From NCBI GenBank assembly GCA_963663315.1, contig OY760176.1, positions 69,822 through 133,821 of the forward strand: DNA of 64,000 bases, read 5' to 3'. The stretch is from Arenicellales bacterium (lineage in GTDB: Bacteria > Pseudomonadota > Gammaproteobacteria > Arenicellales > Poriferihabitantaceae). Every line of letters begins with the position of its first letter. The stretch's first letter is position 1. Below the pieces are notes generated by a model. It saw only the letters and a list, made by a program, of their open reading frames with translations. It searched no databases and was not told the origin of the DNA. The position numbers and the translations under genes are program-made. Positions 1 to 9,872 of this stretch are shown here, piece after piece.

Positions 1-184
1 CATGAGGATCCTCGCAAATAGAATTAATGACGTGTCGTAATCTGAATTGCAGACTGGTGATCTTGCGAGAAAAATTATATACCAGATTATTTGGAAAAAT
101 AGTCCAAATAAATTCAATCATCCGATCCATATTGGGACATAGTTCCAATATTACAGATATATATAGATGTGAAAGGAAACAGCT

Positions 185-1147
185 TTAGCCGGGGTCACGC
201 CTCAATGCCTGACACATGCAATGAACTCCCCCGCCTCCCGGGGTAATCATCGACACATCAGGGTCATACACTTCAAGGCCATGGGCGCGGGCCTTTTCTT
301 TCAGTACGCTGCTTTTTTCGGGCAACAGGATTCGGTCATTGCCCAAAGCCACTACGTTGCATCCGAGATCCAGCGTATCCTGAAATGGTACGGAGATAAT
401 TTCAATGTTTTTCGATTTCAACCAGTTCACCACATCAGGGTCGGTCGATTCCAGGCAGACTGCCGCCAGTTTGGGCGCCAGCATCACGACCATCAGGTCG
501 ATATGTACGTAAAAAGGATCGATATCGGTAAGCATGACTTCCCATCCTTCCGCAGTAAACCATTGCTGCAATTGCAGCGCAGCTTCCTGCTGGCTTCGGC
601 CTTCGTAGCCTTCCCACCCAATCAGCACGGCGCCGGGCTCAATCACGTTGAAGTCTCCGCCTTCGAATGTTCCCGCAGTCACATAATCATAGACAGGGAT
701 ACCGAGCCGCGCATAGGTTTCTATGGCACGGAAATTTTCACCTCGACGCCACCAGTTCGCCATGTTGGTGATGATCGCGCCATAGGGGGTCATCACTGAA
801 GAATCCCTTGCGAAAATCTGATAAGGCAGTACCGGGTCCGGTTCATGCAGATGCACCGTCACCCCGGCAGACCGATAGGCCGCAATCATTTCCCGGTGTT
901 GCCTGTTGGCGGTTTCCGGGTCGAACTGATAATTACGACGAATACTTTTTTTCGAAACAGAACTGGTTTCCCGCCATTTGTAGAAGTCGGCTGGCCCAAG
1001 TAATACGTCCCGCAGTACGCCGTAGTCACAATCAGCGCCCCAGCTTTGCAGGGTAGGGGTGCCACCGCCCTGTTTTCGGCAACGTAATGAAAATTCTGGA
1101 TTCATCCACACAGGTCCAAATCTTGACGGAAATGGCAGATTAGCCAA
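185..1147 (-). CDS. Guanidino-group-modifying enzyme (amidinotransferase / arginine deiminase / DDAH fold)
   Basis: 320-aa ORF. C-terminal GGGGVHCMCQ gives a His-Cys nucleophile region. FARDSS and HIDLMV motifs match the pentein-fold amidinotransferase superfamily. Motif reading only. Confidence 0.55.
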   Translation of the reverse strand: MANLPFPSRFGPVWMNPEFSLRCRKQGGGTPTLQSWGADCDYGVLRDVLLGPADFYKWRETSSVSKKSIRRNYQFDPETANRQHREMIAAYRSAGVTVHLHEPDPVLPYQIFARDSSVMTPYGAIITNMANWWRRGENFRAIETYARLGIPVYDYVTAGTFEGGDFNVIEPGAVLIGWEGYEGRSQQEAALQLQQWFTAEGWEVMLTDIDPFYVHIDLMVVMLAPKLAAVCLESTDPDVVNWLKSKNIEIISVPFQDTLDLGCNVVALGNDRILLPEKSSVLKEKARAHGLEVYDPDVSMITPGGGGVHCMCQALRRDPG

Positions 1148-1374
1148 TTTAAATGGTAAAGTAAAATCAAATATCAGGCTTAAGTCCCGAAATGTTGCGG
1201 ATTGGACGATGTTTGTCTGAATTTCTTGTGAAATATTCTGCTTAAGGTGTTATGGTTCGCCGGTTGTTATCTTGACGGTACAGATCATCGTCACGTTTTT
1301 CCTTTCCTACTTCGAAACGGTGAATTTGAATGCGGAAATTTTATGATTATTCACCATTAATTTAGAGAATTTAA

Positions 1375-1584
1375 ATGAGTAAAGGTAAGGTCAAGTGGTT
1401 CAGTGCAGCCAAGGGTTTCGGATTTATCACGCCACAGGAGGGAGGAAAAGATCTTTTTGTCCACTTTTCTGAAATTCAAAGTGGTGGAGGGTATGCAACT
1501 CTCAATGAGGGTCAGGAAGTTGAGTTCGATGTGGGTCAGGGTCAGAAAGGACCCTGCGCCAATAATGTTGTGCCTGTCCAGTAA
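1375..1584 (+). CDS. cspA: Cold-shock protein, CspA family
   Basis: 69-aa ORF with cold-shock-domain RNP1 (KGFGFI) and RNP2 (DLFVHFS) motifs. AGAGAA-type RBS region. The roughly 225-nt upstream gap fits the long 5' leader usual for csp genes. Confidence 0.93.
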   Translation: MSKGKVKWFSAAKGFGFITPQEGGKDLFVHFSEIQSGGGYATLNEGQEVEFDVGQGQKGPCANNVVPVQ

Positions 1585-1604
1585 CTTTTAGGGACAGAGC
1601 AAAT

Positions 1605-1649
1605 GCAGACAGGCTTGTCTGAAACCAGGCTTGTCTGCAGCCCGTTTTA
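1605..1649. terminator. Stem-loop region between convergent cspA and ADH genes (possible bidirectional terminator)
   Basis: Outer stem GCAGACA...TGTCTGC encloses a nested CAGACA-GGCT-TGTCTG hairpin. CAGGCTTGTCTG is duplicated, followed by CCCGTTTTA. The T-tract is weak. Confidence 0.35.
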
Positions 1650-1687
1650 AGGGTTCCCCTGCCGGATTACCAGCGGTGTGTCCGGCG

Positions 1688-2689
1688 CTAAATCTGCAAT
1701 ACCACCTTGGGTGCGGCACAATGTCCCTTGAGGATTTCGTCAAATGCGCTTCCCCCATCGCCGAGCGGGCGGGATTCGATCCAGTCCAGCGTTCCGAGCG
1801 CCCCACTGTGCAACTTTTGTAGTGTGACGCGCAAATCCAGCGGAGAGTAGGTATAACATCCTATCAGTGTAATTTCCTGCAGGGTCATGCGCCTCACATC
1901 AACGCTGCCCTCGTTGTCCATCAGTCCGATATGTACAATGATTGATCCCGGGCGTGCGCAGGCTACGCTGATATTCCGTGTTTTTGCATTTCCCACGGCA
2001 TCGAAGACCAGATCATAGTGATTTTCCCGGGGAGAGGTTTCAATCGGGTCAAATACATTGCAATCGGTTTGGTCAATGACCGTTTGCCGTCTCAATGGAT
2101 TGGTTTCGGCCAGATCGACCTGTGCCACCCCCTTGTCCAGCAGAATCAATGCAGTCAGCAGGCCAACCGAACCGGCGCCGATTACCAGTGCACTGGCTTC
2201 ACTGACCGGGCGTGCGCTGGATTTTTCGGCAAGCAAGATCGCATGTAACGCGGTAGCGCCTGGTTCGGTTAATGCTGCCTTGGCGGTATCCATGCTGTCT
2301 GGCGCTTCAATCAGATTACGTTCCGGGATGGCAATCTGTTCGGCGAAGGCTCCTGCCCGAACCATGCCGATCAAATCCCTGTGTGCACAGAGATTCTGAC
2401 GGCCGCCTGAACAGTCATCGCATTTTCCACAGGTAATGAGGGGATTGAGCACCACTCTTTTACCCGGTTTGCTGCCTTGCAATACCACTCCAACGGCTTC
2501 ATGTCCGAGAATCAGTGGCGGCGCCCTGCGTGGATCGTGACCCAGCCAGGCATGCATGTCAGATCCGCAAATACCGACGGATTGAACGGCAACCAATGCT
2601 TCATCGTGACCGGGGTTCGGGTCCGGTTCGTCACGGTAGGTCATTTGTTGATTGGCTGTATATACCAGGGCTTTCATTTCAGGATCCAA
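1688..2689 (-). CDS. Zinc-dependent alcohol dehydrogenase (MDR family); candidate HpsP-like dehydrogenase
   Basis: 333 aa. Catalytic-zinc region CGSDMH and GHEAVGVV, structural-zinc CGKCDDC...C, Rossmann GAGSVG. Lies 3 bp downstream of the SDR gene. Confidence 0.85.
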   Translation of the reverse strand: MDPEMKALVYTANQQMTYRDEPDPNPGHDEALVAVQSVGICGSDMHAWLGHDPRRAPPLILGHEAVGVVLQGSKPGKRVVLNPLITCGKCDDCSGGRQNLCAHRDLIGMVRAGAFAEQIAIPERNLIEAPDSMDTAKAALTEPGATALHAILLAEKSSARPVSEASALVIGAGSVGLLTALILLDKGVAQVDLAETNPLRRQTVIDQTDCNVFDPIETSPRENHYDLVFDAVGNAKTRNISVACARPGSIIVHIGLMDNEGSVDVRRMTLQEITLIGCYTYSPLDLRVTLQKLHSGALGTLDWIESRPLGDGGSAFDEILKGHCAAPKVVLQI

Positions 2690-2692
2690 GTA

Positions 2693-3484
2693 TTATCGTG
2701 CAGTGAAACCGCCATCGATGTAAAGTGTCTGCCCGGTGATATAGGCGGAAGCGGCAGATGCGAAGAAAATGGCAATGCCGGACAGATCGCTCAATTTCCC
2801 GTTTCGTCCCAACATGGTTTGGCTGGCAGCCCAATGTTCGTTTTCGGGATTGTCGAATATGGGGGCGGTCAGCTCGGTTGGGAAAAACCCCGGTGCAATC
2901 GCGTTACAGGTGATACCCTGAGGAGACCACGCTTGCGCCATCGCCCTGGTCAGTTGGCAGATTCCGCCTTTTGAGGCGCCATAGGCCATGCTATTGGCAA
3001 ATGCGCGAAATGATTGTAACGATGCAATGTTGATAATGCGTCCAAATCTGTTTTCAACCATACCCGGAATAAATTCCCGGCTGAAAAAAAATGGTACGCA
3101 AAGATTCAGATTGAGAGTTGCGTCCCAACCTTCGATTGTGACCTCATCCACACTCTGACGAAGGTTGATTCCGGCTGCATTGACAACGCCATCGACATGC
3201 CCGAATGCGTCCTTGCACTGTGCAGCGACATCGCCAATTCCCGGTCGGTCGGCAAGATCGGCACATACTGACCTTGCCCGTCCTCCGCTTTCAGTAATTT
3301 GCTCAATAACGTGATCAAGTTTATCCTGGCGTCGGGCAATGCCGACGACGGCGGCTCCCGCTCCGGCCAGAAACCGGGTTATCTCACGACCAATGCCTGA
3401 ACTGGCGCCGGTGATCACAAATACCCGGCCACTCAGGGAGAACTGGTCGAGTGGGTTATCCTGGATCGGTGACGGGTCTGGCAT
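2693..3484 (-). CDS. Short-chain dehydrogenase/reductase (SDR); candidate HpsO-like
   Basis: 263 aa. TGASSGIG cofactor motif, NAAG, and catalytic YGASKGG (YxxxK). Confidence 0.88.
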   Translation of the reverse strand: MPDPSPIQDNPLDQFSLSGRVFVITGASSGIGREITRFLAGAGAAVVGIARRQDKLDHVIEQITESGGRARSVCADLADRPGIGDVAAQCKDAFGHVDGVVNAAGINLRQSVDEVTIEGWDATLNLNLCVPFFFSREFIPGMVENRFGRIINIASLQSFRAFANSMAYGASKGGICQLTRAMAQAWSPQGITCNAIAPGFFPTELTAPIFDNPENEHWAASQTMLGRNGKLSDLSGIAIFFASAASAYITGQTLYIDGGFTAR

Positions 3485-3501
3485 GTCCGGGCAGACTTGT
3501 C

Positions 3502-4818
3502 CTAAAGCGTCCGCTGATCAATCCCCAGATCGAATTCTTCGCCCGGAAAATACTTGTAGAGACGGTCATCTCCACTGCGGGCATGACCTTCCATGCCTTC
3601 TGCACGGGAAATTCTTGCAGTCACCGCGCCGACATCCCGATTGGCCTGTTGATTCATGCGCTGGTAGGTCAGCACTTTTATAAACTTGGCTACACTTAAC
3701 CCCCCGGTATAACGCGCTGCGCCCTTGGTTGGCAGAATATGATTGGTCCCTGAACACTTGTCGCCATAGGAAACCGTCGTTTCTTCACCGAGAAACAGCG
3801 AGCCGTAGTTGTTCAGATTTTCAAGCCACCAGTCGAGGTCCTGACAGTGAACTTCAAGATGTTCACTGGCATACCGGTCGCTGACCTGAACGGCTTCTTC
3901 CCGGGAGTCGACCACCACGACCTCACCATAGTCACGCCAGGCGCTTTGTGCAGTCGAACGATTGGGTTCGGCCAGTCTCTCGATATATTCAGGCATCAAC
4001 TCAATGACTTTATCTGCCTGCGATGCTGAAGTACTGATCAGCCACGCAGGAGAATCAGGACCATGTTCTGCCTGGCTTGTCAGATCACAGGCGATAATTT
4101 CAGGGTCGGCCGTCTCATCAGCGATGATCAATACTTCGGTGGGGCCAGCGAACATGTCGATACCCACTCGCCCGAACAGGATTCGTTTGGCTTCTGCTAC
4201 AAATCGATTTCCCGGACCCACGAGTATGTCAGCGGCATTGCCGGTGAACAGTCCGAAGGCAAGGGCGGCCACTCCCTGAACGCCGCCGAGATGGAGTATG
4301 GTATCTGCTCCGGCATAATTCGCCGCATACAGAATCGCAGGATGAACACCCCGCTCACCGTGGGTCGGAGAGCAGGCAATGATATTGCTGACGCCAGCGA
4401 CTCTGGCTGTGGTGACGCTCATGATTGCAGAGGCGATGTGTGCGTAGCGTCCGCCCGGTATGTAACAACCCGCAGTCTGCACCGGAACCAGGCGTTGTCC
4501 ACAAAAGAAGCCGGGAGATAATTCGGTTTCAAACTCCCTCATACTTGCTAACTGCGCTTCTGCGAATGTCTTCACACGTGCATGGGAGAACCGGATATCC
4601 TGCTTGATCTGTTCAGGCAGTGAAGTGGTCGCCTGCTCGATTTCCTGTTGGCTGACGACTACTTCCTTCTCCCAGCCATCCAGTTTCTGCGCATACTCCA
4701 GTGCTTTTCCCTGGCCGCCCTTTTCGATTTCCCGGAGCATGGTGCGAACGGTTTCATGGGTGTCGTCCTGTCCGGTGGCCGAGGTTTTCGGCGCTTTCCT
4801 GATATAGTGAACCGCCAT
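3502..4818 (-). CDS. Histidinol-dehydrogenase-family NAD-dependent dehydrogenase; HpsN-like (sulfopropanediol 3-dehydrogenase) candidate, not biosynthetic HisD
   Basis: 438 aa with HisD-family blocks (SQAEHGPDS, GDKCSGTNHILPT, GGVQGVAALAFG). It sits in a TRAP/SDR/ADH catabolic operon rather than a his operon. The HpsN assignment rests on my recollection of that subfamily. Confidence 0.7.
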   Translation of the reverse strand: MAVHYIRKAPKTSATGQDDTHETVRTMLREIEKGGQGKALEYAQKLDGWEKEVVVSQQEIEQATTSLPEQIKQDIRFSHARVKTFAEAQLASMREFETELSPGFFCGQRLVPVQTAGCYIPGGRYAHIASAIMSVTTARVAGVSNIIACSPTHGERGVHPAILYAANYAGADTILHLGGVQGVAALAFGLFTGNAADILVGPGNRFVAEAKRILFGRVGIDMFAGPTEVLIIADETADPEIIACDLTSQAEHGPDSPAWLISTSASQADKVIELMPEYIERLAEPNRSTAQSAWRDYGEVVVVDSREEAVQVSDRYASEHLEVHCQDLDWWLENLNNYGSLFLGEETTVSYGDKCSGTNHILPTKGAARYTGGLSVAKFIKVLTYQRMNQQANRDVGAVTARISRAEGMEGHARSGDDRLYKYFPGEEFDLGIDQRTL

Positions 4819-4854
4819 TGTTAATGCAGAAAATTCCTGAATTGTGTTAGTTTG

Positions 4855-6201
4855 TTAGTTTGCGGAGGAGCTCAGATATTCCGGCAGCCATAGTGCGATT
4901 TGCGGGAACATGACGATCAATATCAATCCGAAAAGCTGGATGACCATGAACTGCATCATTCCTCCATAGATATCCTTCAAATCCCATTCGGGTACCACGC
5001 CCTTGAGGAAATAGGCCGATAGAGCGACCGGCGGCGATAGCCAGGCGGTTTGCAGGTTTACTGCAACCAGAATTCCGAACCAGGTCAGATTGAATCCAAG
5101 TTTATCGATCAAGGGCAACAGGATCGGCACGATGATCAGGACAATCGGTACCCACTCCAACGGCCAGCCCAGCAAAAATATCAGCGCCATCACCATTGCG
5201 AGGATCGCGTAAGGCGACACATCCAGTGACAACAGAACCTCGGTAAGCATGGTCGGCGTGCCAAGTCTTGCGAACACGGATCCAAAGAAATTCGAGGCGG
5301 CGACGAGTATCAGTATCAGGACCGAAATTTCCAGAGTTTTGATCAGCGCATCCTTGAACCCCTGCCAGGACAGTTTTCTATAGGCTGCCGCGAGCAGGAA
5401 CGAGCCGAAGGCGCCCATGCCGGCGGCTTCTGTCGGGGTGGCAAATCCGAGCAGAATGCTGCCCAGTGCAAAACCGACCAGCGCCGCAGGCGGCACCAGC
5501 CCAAGGAAAAACTCCTTCCAGACATAGGACATTGAAGTCGGTTGCAGATCTTCTGGTAAAATCGGTCCCAGGGATGGATTGATCTGGCAGCGGATAAGCG
5601 CATAGCCGGTATACAGGAAGGCCAGCATAAACCCTGGAATTACGGCGGCGGCGAAAAGATCGGTGACCGGCACTTCCAGAATCGGCCCCATGACCACCAG
5701 CATGATACTGGGCGGGATCAGAATTCCCAACGTACCACCTGCGGTAATCGCTCCGGCCGAAAGTTGCACGTCGTAACCGGCGCGATTCATGGTTTTGGCC
5801 GCCATGATGCCGAGAATGGTCACCGAAGCGCCCACAATACCGGTGGCGGCGGCAAAAATGGTAGAGACAAAAAGCACTGCGATATAGAGGGAGCCACGGG
5901 TTCGGGACAGGGTTAACTGCACTGCGCGAAACAGCCGTTCCATAAGACCGGCCTGTTCCATCAGGATGCCCATAAAAATGAACAACGGCACCGCGGCCAG
6001 TGTCTGTTCCAGCATGACTCCGGAAAACTGGAATGTCATCAGATAAAAAACCAGTTCACCAAATCCCCACAGACCAAACGACATACCGAGGAAAATCAAT
6101 GTGAACGAAATCGGGAAGCCGATAAAAATGGCAAACAGCATGCAGGCGATCATGACCAACCCGATATACTCGGGGCGAAGGTTAGCAAGTAAATCTATCA
6201 T
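4855..6201 (-). CDS. dctM: TRAP transporter large permease (DctM family)
   Basis: Polytopic membrane protein. I prefer the ATG at 6201 (MIDLLANL...), which overlaps the dctQ stop in an ATGA junction. The track ORF begins 13 codons upstream at 6240. Confidence 0.9.
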   Translation of the reverse strand: MIDLLANLRPEYIGLVMIACMLFAIFIGFPISFTLIFLGMSFGLWGFGELVFYLMTFQFSGVMLEQTLAAVPLFIFMGILMEQAGLMERLFRAVQLTLSRTRGSLYIAVLFVSTIFAAATGIVGASVTILGIMAAKTMNRAGYDVQLSAGAITAGGTLGILIPPSIMLVVMGPILEVPVTDLFAAAVIPGFMLAFLYTGYALIRCQINPSLGPILPEDLQPTSMSYVWKEFFLGLVPPAALVGFALGSILLGFATPTEAAGMGAFGSFLLAAAYRKLSWQGFKDALIKTLEISVLILILVAASNFFGSVFARLGTPTMLTEVLLSLDVSPYAILAMVMALIFLLGWPLEWVPIVLIIVPILLPLIDKLGFNLTWFGILVAVNLQTAWLSPPVALSAYFLKGVVPEWDLKDIYGGMMQFMVIQLFGLILIVMFPQIALWLPEYLSSSAN

Positions 6202-6815
6202 CAGACTGGCCACCTGCCACGGGTGATTGCATACCAGCATTTAAGCAATTCGGATATACCCTGCATCAACAGCAGCACAATCCCGATCGGGATAGCGCTT
6301 TTTATCGGCCCCATGTAGGGCATCCAGGCCGTGTCCATGCCGCGTTCTCCCCGATAAATCGCGGTCCAGGCATAGTCAAACGACATCCACAGAAAAACCA
6401 GCAACCCGGGGAAATAAAAAATTACGTACAACGTACCATCCACGATTCCCTGGGTTCGTTGCGACCAGTTGCGGTAGATGAAATCGGCACGGATGTGTAC
6501 CCCGCGCGATAACGCATAACCAGCGCCCAGCATGAACATCGAGCCGTACAGCATGCGGCTGACATCGTACGCCCACATCGTCGGTGCAATAAAGAACTTG
6601 CGGGCGAGGACCTCATACACCATCGTCAGGCACATTGGCACCAGAAACCAGCAAATCAGTTTCCCCACCCACATACTCGTGCGGTCTATCCAGCTTATCA
6701 GACAGGCTACCCAGGGTGGCATATCGTCCGGCAGATTACCCGGATCCGCAGAACGGCGTTCCGCTATCAATTCGTCAGCGATCTCGAGTTCGTCTGGAAT
6801 GATTTCTTCAGCCAT
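6201..6815 (-). CDS. dctQ: TRAP transporter small permease (DctQ family)
   Basis: 204 aa with four predicted TM segments, immediately upstream of and overlapping dctM. Confidence 0.85.
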   Translation of the reverse strand: MAEEIIPDELEIADELIAERRSADPGNLPDDMPPWVACLISWIDRTSMWVGKLICWFLVPMCLTMVYEVLARKFFIAPTMWAYDVSRMLYGSMFMLGAGYALSRGVHIRADFIYRNWSQRTQGIVDGTLYVIFYFPGLLVFLWMSFDYAWTAIYRGERGMDTAWMPYMGPIKSAIPIGIVLLLMQGISELLKCWYAITRGRWPV

Positions 6816-6892
6816 GGCTGTCGTGACTTGAATGACGGGATGGCAGTATAACCCGCATTTAAGCAGAGTCGTGATTATTTATTAAGATAGCG

Positions 6893-6952
6893 CCAATACG
6901 GGCCCGAAAGCCCGTATTGGAAAATCTTGAACTGTGCCCTCGATTCGGGCAC
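6893..6952 (-). promoter_or_regulatory. Two intercistronic stem-loops between the binding-protein gene and dctQ (mRNA stabiliser or attenuating terminator)
   Basis: An 11-bp perfect stem CCAATACGGGC/GCCCGTATTGG (6893-6920) and a 6-bp stem GTGCCC/GGGCAC (6934-6952). Both lie just downstream of the dctP stop on the minus strand. Confidence 0.45.
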
Positions 6953-6963
6953 ATGACGCAGAA

Positions 6964-8073
6964 TTATTGTGCCATCTGCAATTGTTTGGCGTACGCCTGC
7001 CCGAGGGCCGCGTTTGACGTTTGTGCACCCGCCCAGAAAGGAACAGCGATGTCAGCAAATGCTTTTTGGGAATCCCAGACTTCGGCAAAGAACGCATTCT
7101 CGGCAGCATTTTTCTCAAGACTTGCCCTCGCCGCATTCATGTACGCCGGAAAATAATCTGCAGGTGTATCATGAAGAATGACGCCGTGATTTTCCGTCAG
7201 GTCTTTCAGCGCCTTGCCGTTTTCAAAGATCCGATAGCTAATGGACCTGATCAACGACGCATCGGCAGCAATATTGATCGCGTTTCGCTGGTATTCGGTC
7301 AAGCTGTTCCAGACATCGCCGTTGAAATAGATGTCAGCGTTGACCACGACCTGGTGAAGCCCTTGCAAGTAGTAGTGTTTCAGTACTTTGTGGAAGCCGA
7401 ATACACTATCCGGTTTTGGACAACACCATTCTGCGGCGTCAATGATGCCTTTTTCCAGGGCAGGAAGAATGTCACCCCCGGCCATCGCCACGCTCGCGAC
7501 GCCAATGTCTTTATAGGTCTGGCCGGGAATACCCGGAGGGGTACGGAAACGGTATTTTCGGAAATCTTCCATACTGTTGATCGGTTCCTTGAACCAGCCC
7601 AGCGCTTCAGGGCCAACAGGCTGGAGCATGACGCCATGGATATTCATACCCATTTCATCCCACAAGCGGTCATACAACTCGCGCCCTCCTGCATTCATGA
7701 ACCACGAGAGGAAGGCGATGTTATCGATACCCACGCCAGCGCCTGCAACCGGGGAACCGAACAGCATGGCGGCAGGGTGTTTGCCGGACCAGTAATGCGT
7801 CCAGGCGAATCCGGCTTCAACCAGACCTTTGTCTACCGCATCGAGAATATTTGAAACACTTACGATCGCCCCAGCAGGCAGCATCTCAAGTTGCACTTCG
7901 CCGTTGGTCAAGGAAGCGACATTTGCGGCAAAATCCTTCAGCATGACAGTTTCATCCGCTTTGGTTGTCACCGCAGTCTGGACCCGGATTTTTACCTCCG
8001 CGATTGCGCTGGCGCCGATAAGCATGGACAGTCCGATCAGCGTGGCTGCCACTCGTTTAAAAGTTTGTATCAT
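6964..8073 (-). CDS. dctP: TRAP transporter substrate-binding protein (DctP family)
   Basis: 369 aa. N-terminal signal peptide (LIGLSMLIGASAIA). First gene of the dctP-Q-M arrangement. Confidence 0.85.
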   Translation of the reverse strand: MIQTFKRVAATLIGLSMLIGASAIAEVKIRVQTAVTTKADETVMLKDFAANVASLTNGEVQLEMLPAGAIVSVSNILDAVDKGLVEAGFAWTHYWSGKHPAAMLFGSPVAGAGVGIDNIAFLSWFMNAGGRELYDRLWDEMGMNIHGVMLQPVGPEALGWFKEPINSMEDFRKYRFRTPPGIPGQTYKDIGVASVAMAGGDILPALEKGIIDAAEWCCPKPDSVFGFHKVLKHYYLQGLHQVVVNADIYFNGDVWNSLTEYQRNAINIAADASLIRSISYRIFENGKALKDLTENHGVILHDTPADYFPAYMNAARASLEKNAAENAFFAEVWDSQKAFADIAVPFWAGAQTSNAALGQAYAKQLQMAQ

Positions 8074-8251
8074 TGTGTATCCTCTTTACTAATTGATGTT
8101 TAATTTGATCACTTCAGGTTGGTTTCCCGAAAAAATCTCAGGAGAATATTAAAAAAGAACCCGCCCAATCAAAGAACAGATTCTTTCAAAAATGCAATTA
8201 ACCATTAAACTCTGGCTATAGCGGGCCGTATCTTGACATATTAAGCCAGTG

Positions 8252-8911
8252 TTAGCAATGGATTTCCCCGGATCTGATTCTGATTACATTTACATCGTCC
8301 ATTATTTTCATGGCTGTTGCTAATGAGCCTTCCATATTAATTGCGCGACAGGCATCTTCAATCAGGAACACATCGAAACCTTCTGATCTGGCATCAAGGG
8401 CTGACCAGGCAACACAAAAATCCGTCGCCAGGCCAACCATGAAAATTCGCTCGAACCCCCGGCTTCGAAGATAACCGGTTAGTCCGGTTGGTGTTGATTT
8501 GTCATTTTCAAAAAATGCAGAATAAGAATCTATTTCTGTCCGAAATCCCTTGCGGATAATCAATTCTGTATTTTTAACATCAAGCCGGGAATGAAATGCC
8601 GCTCCTGGAGAACCCTGGGTACAATGATCCGGCCATAGAACCTGATCTCCATAGGGCATACTGATCTGATCAAACGGGGAATGTCCGGGGTGGCTTGACG
8701 CAAACGAGCTGTGGTTTTCGGGGTGCCAGTCCTGGGTCAGCATCCGGTGCTGAAATTTTTCCGAAATCGTATTGATAATCGGAACAACTGCATCACCATC
8801 AGGGACTTCCAGCGCTCCCCCGGCACAAAAATCGTTTTGCACATCAATAATTAACAGACAATCTGTATTGTTTTGTATCATTTTGATTTCCGGTATTCTG
8901 AACTGTGCCAT
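8252..8911 (-). CDS. pncA: Nicotinamidase/pyrazinamidase (isochorismatase fold)
   Basis: LLIIDVQNDFCAGGAL N-terminal block, HP...H metal site, and catalytic Cys in ATDFCV. The start may be the internal MIQNN. Confidence 0.85.
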   Translation of the reverse strand: MAQFRIPEIKMIQNNTDCLLIIDVQNDFCAGGALEVPDGDAVVPIINTISEKFQHRMLTQDWHPENHSSFASSHPGHSPFDQISMPYGDQVLWPDHCTQGSPGAAFHSRLDVKNTELIIRKGFRTEIDSYSAFFENDKSTPTGLTGYLRSRGFERIFMVGLATDFCVAWSALDARSEGFDVFLIEDACRAINMEGSLATAMKIMDDVNVIRIRSGEIHC

Positions 8912-8948
8912 AATAATATATCAGTAATTATCTTCAACAACCACAGAC

Positions 8949-9776
8949 GTGATTGATGACATAAAAGCCATGAAGCTCTACCACCAGGTAAACAGGGTAT
9001 TTAACGAGCTGAACTCCCTTGGGATCAAGGACAAGGACCCGGTTGATGTATCTGTGTTGAGCGCATTTGATCAATACCATTATCTCGGCACCGATGCCGT
9101 GGATGAAGCAATAAAAAAGCTGGATATGAATTCGAGCATGGAAATCATGGAAATCGGCGCTGGAATCGGTGGCCCCGCCCGCTACCTTGCGCATACTTCA
9201 GGATGTAAGGTGACTGCTCTGGAACTGCAACCGGACTTGAATTCCACGGCAATGAAACTGACTGCCCGCTGTCGTCTCCAGGACAAGGTGACCCATCTGT
9301 GTGGCGACATACTGGATGGTCTTCCGGAGAACAAACAATATGATGCGCTGGTCAGTTGGCTGACATTTTTGCATATTCCTGACCGTCCCACTCTCTACAG
9401 TAACTGCTTTGCTGCCCTGAAGCCCGGGACAGGTATTTATGTTGAAGATTATTTTGAGCGTAATCCCCTGAGCGATCAGGATAAGCTGGTGTTGCGTCGG
9501 GAAGTTTACTGCGACTGTGTTCCGACCATGTCTGAGTATTTTAATGAACTTTCAGAAGCGGGATTCACCCGGATTGAGCTTGTAGACAAATCAGCCCAAT
9601 GGACAGAGTTTGTTGTCGAGCGGCAATCTGCCTTCGAAAACGCCAGGGAGCGCAACGAAAACCTGCACGGGAGGAAAATCGTTAATAGCCTGTCGGAGTT
9701 TTACAGCGCCATTGTTAACCTGTTTACAGCAGGGAATCTCGGCGGAGTCTGCTTCACGGCCTGGAAACCTGGATAA
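8949..9776 (+). CDS. Class I SAM-dependent methyltransferase
   Basis: 275 aa. Motif I EIGAGIGGPARYLA and post-I acidic residue (LELQ). LKPGTGIYVEDY. Substrate unknown. Confidence 0.8.
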   Translation: MIDDIKAMKLYHQVNRVFNELNSLGIKDKDPVDVSVLSAFDQYHYLGTDAVDEAIKKLDMNSSMEIMEIGAGIGGPARYLAHTSGCKVTALELQPDLNSTAMKLTARCRLQDKVTHLCGDILDGLPENKQYDALVSWLTFLHIPDRPTLYSNCFAALKPGTGIYVEDYFERNPLSDQDKLVLRREVYCDCVPTMSEYFNELSEAGFTRIELVDKSAQWTEFVVERQSAFENARERNENLHGRKIVNSLSEFYSAIVNLFTAGNLGGVCFTAWKPG

Positions 9777-9872
9777 TAAATATGACAGGACAACCACAAC
9801 AGGACAACCACGGGGGTTGTCCCTACGAGTATTCTAATCAAACTAATCCCTGTATGACAGGAGGAGATAAAG

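Noticed and set aside
9787-9822. Terminator after the methyltransferase gene
   Set aside because: CAGGACAACCAC is duplicated and an 8-bp hairpin GGACAACC-ACGGG-GGTTGTCC exists (9802-9822). No T-tract follows, so I did not list it as a terminator.
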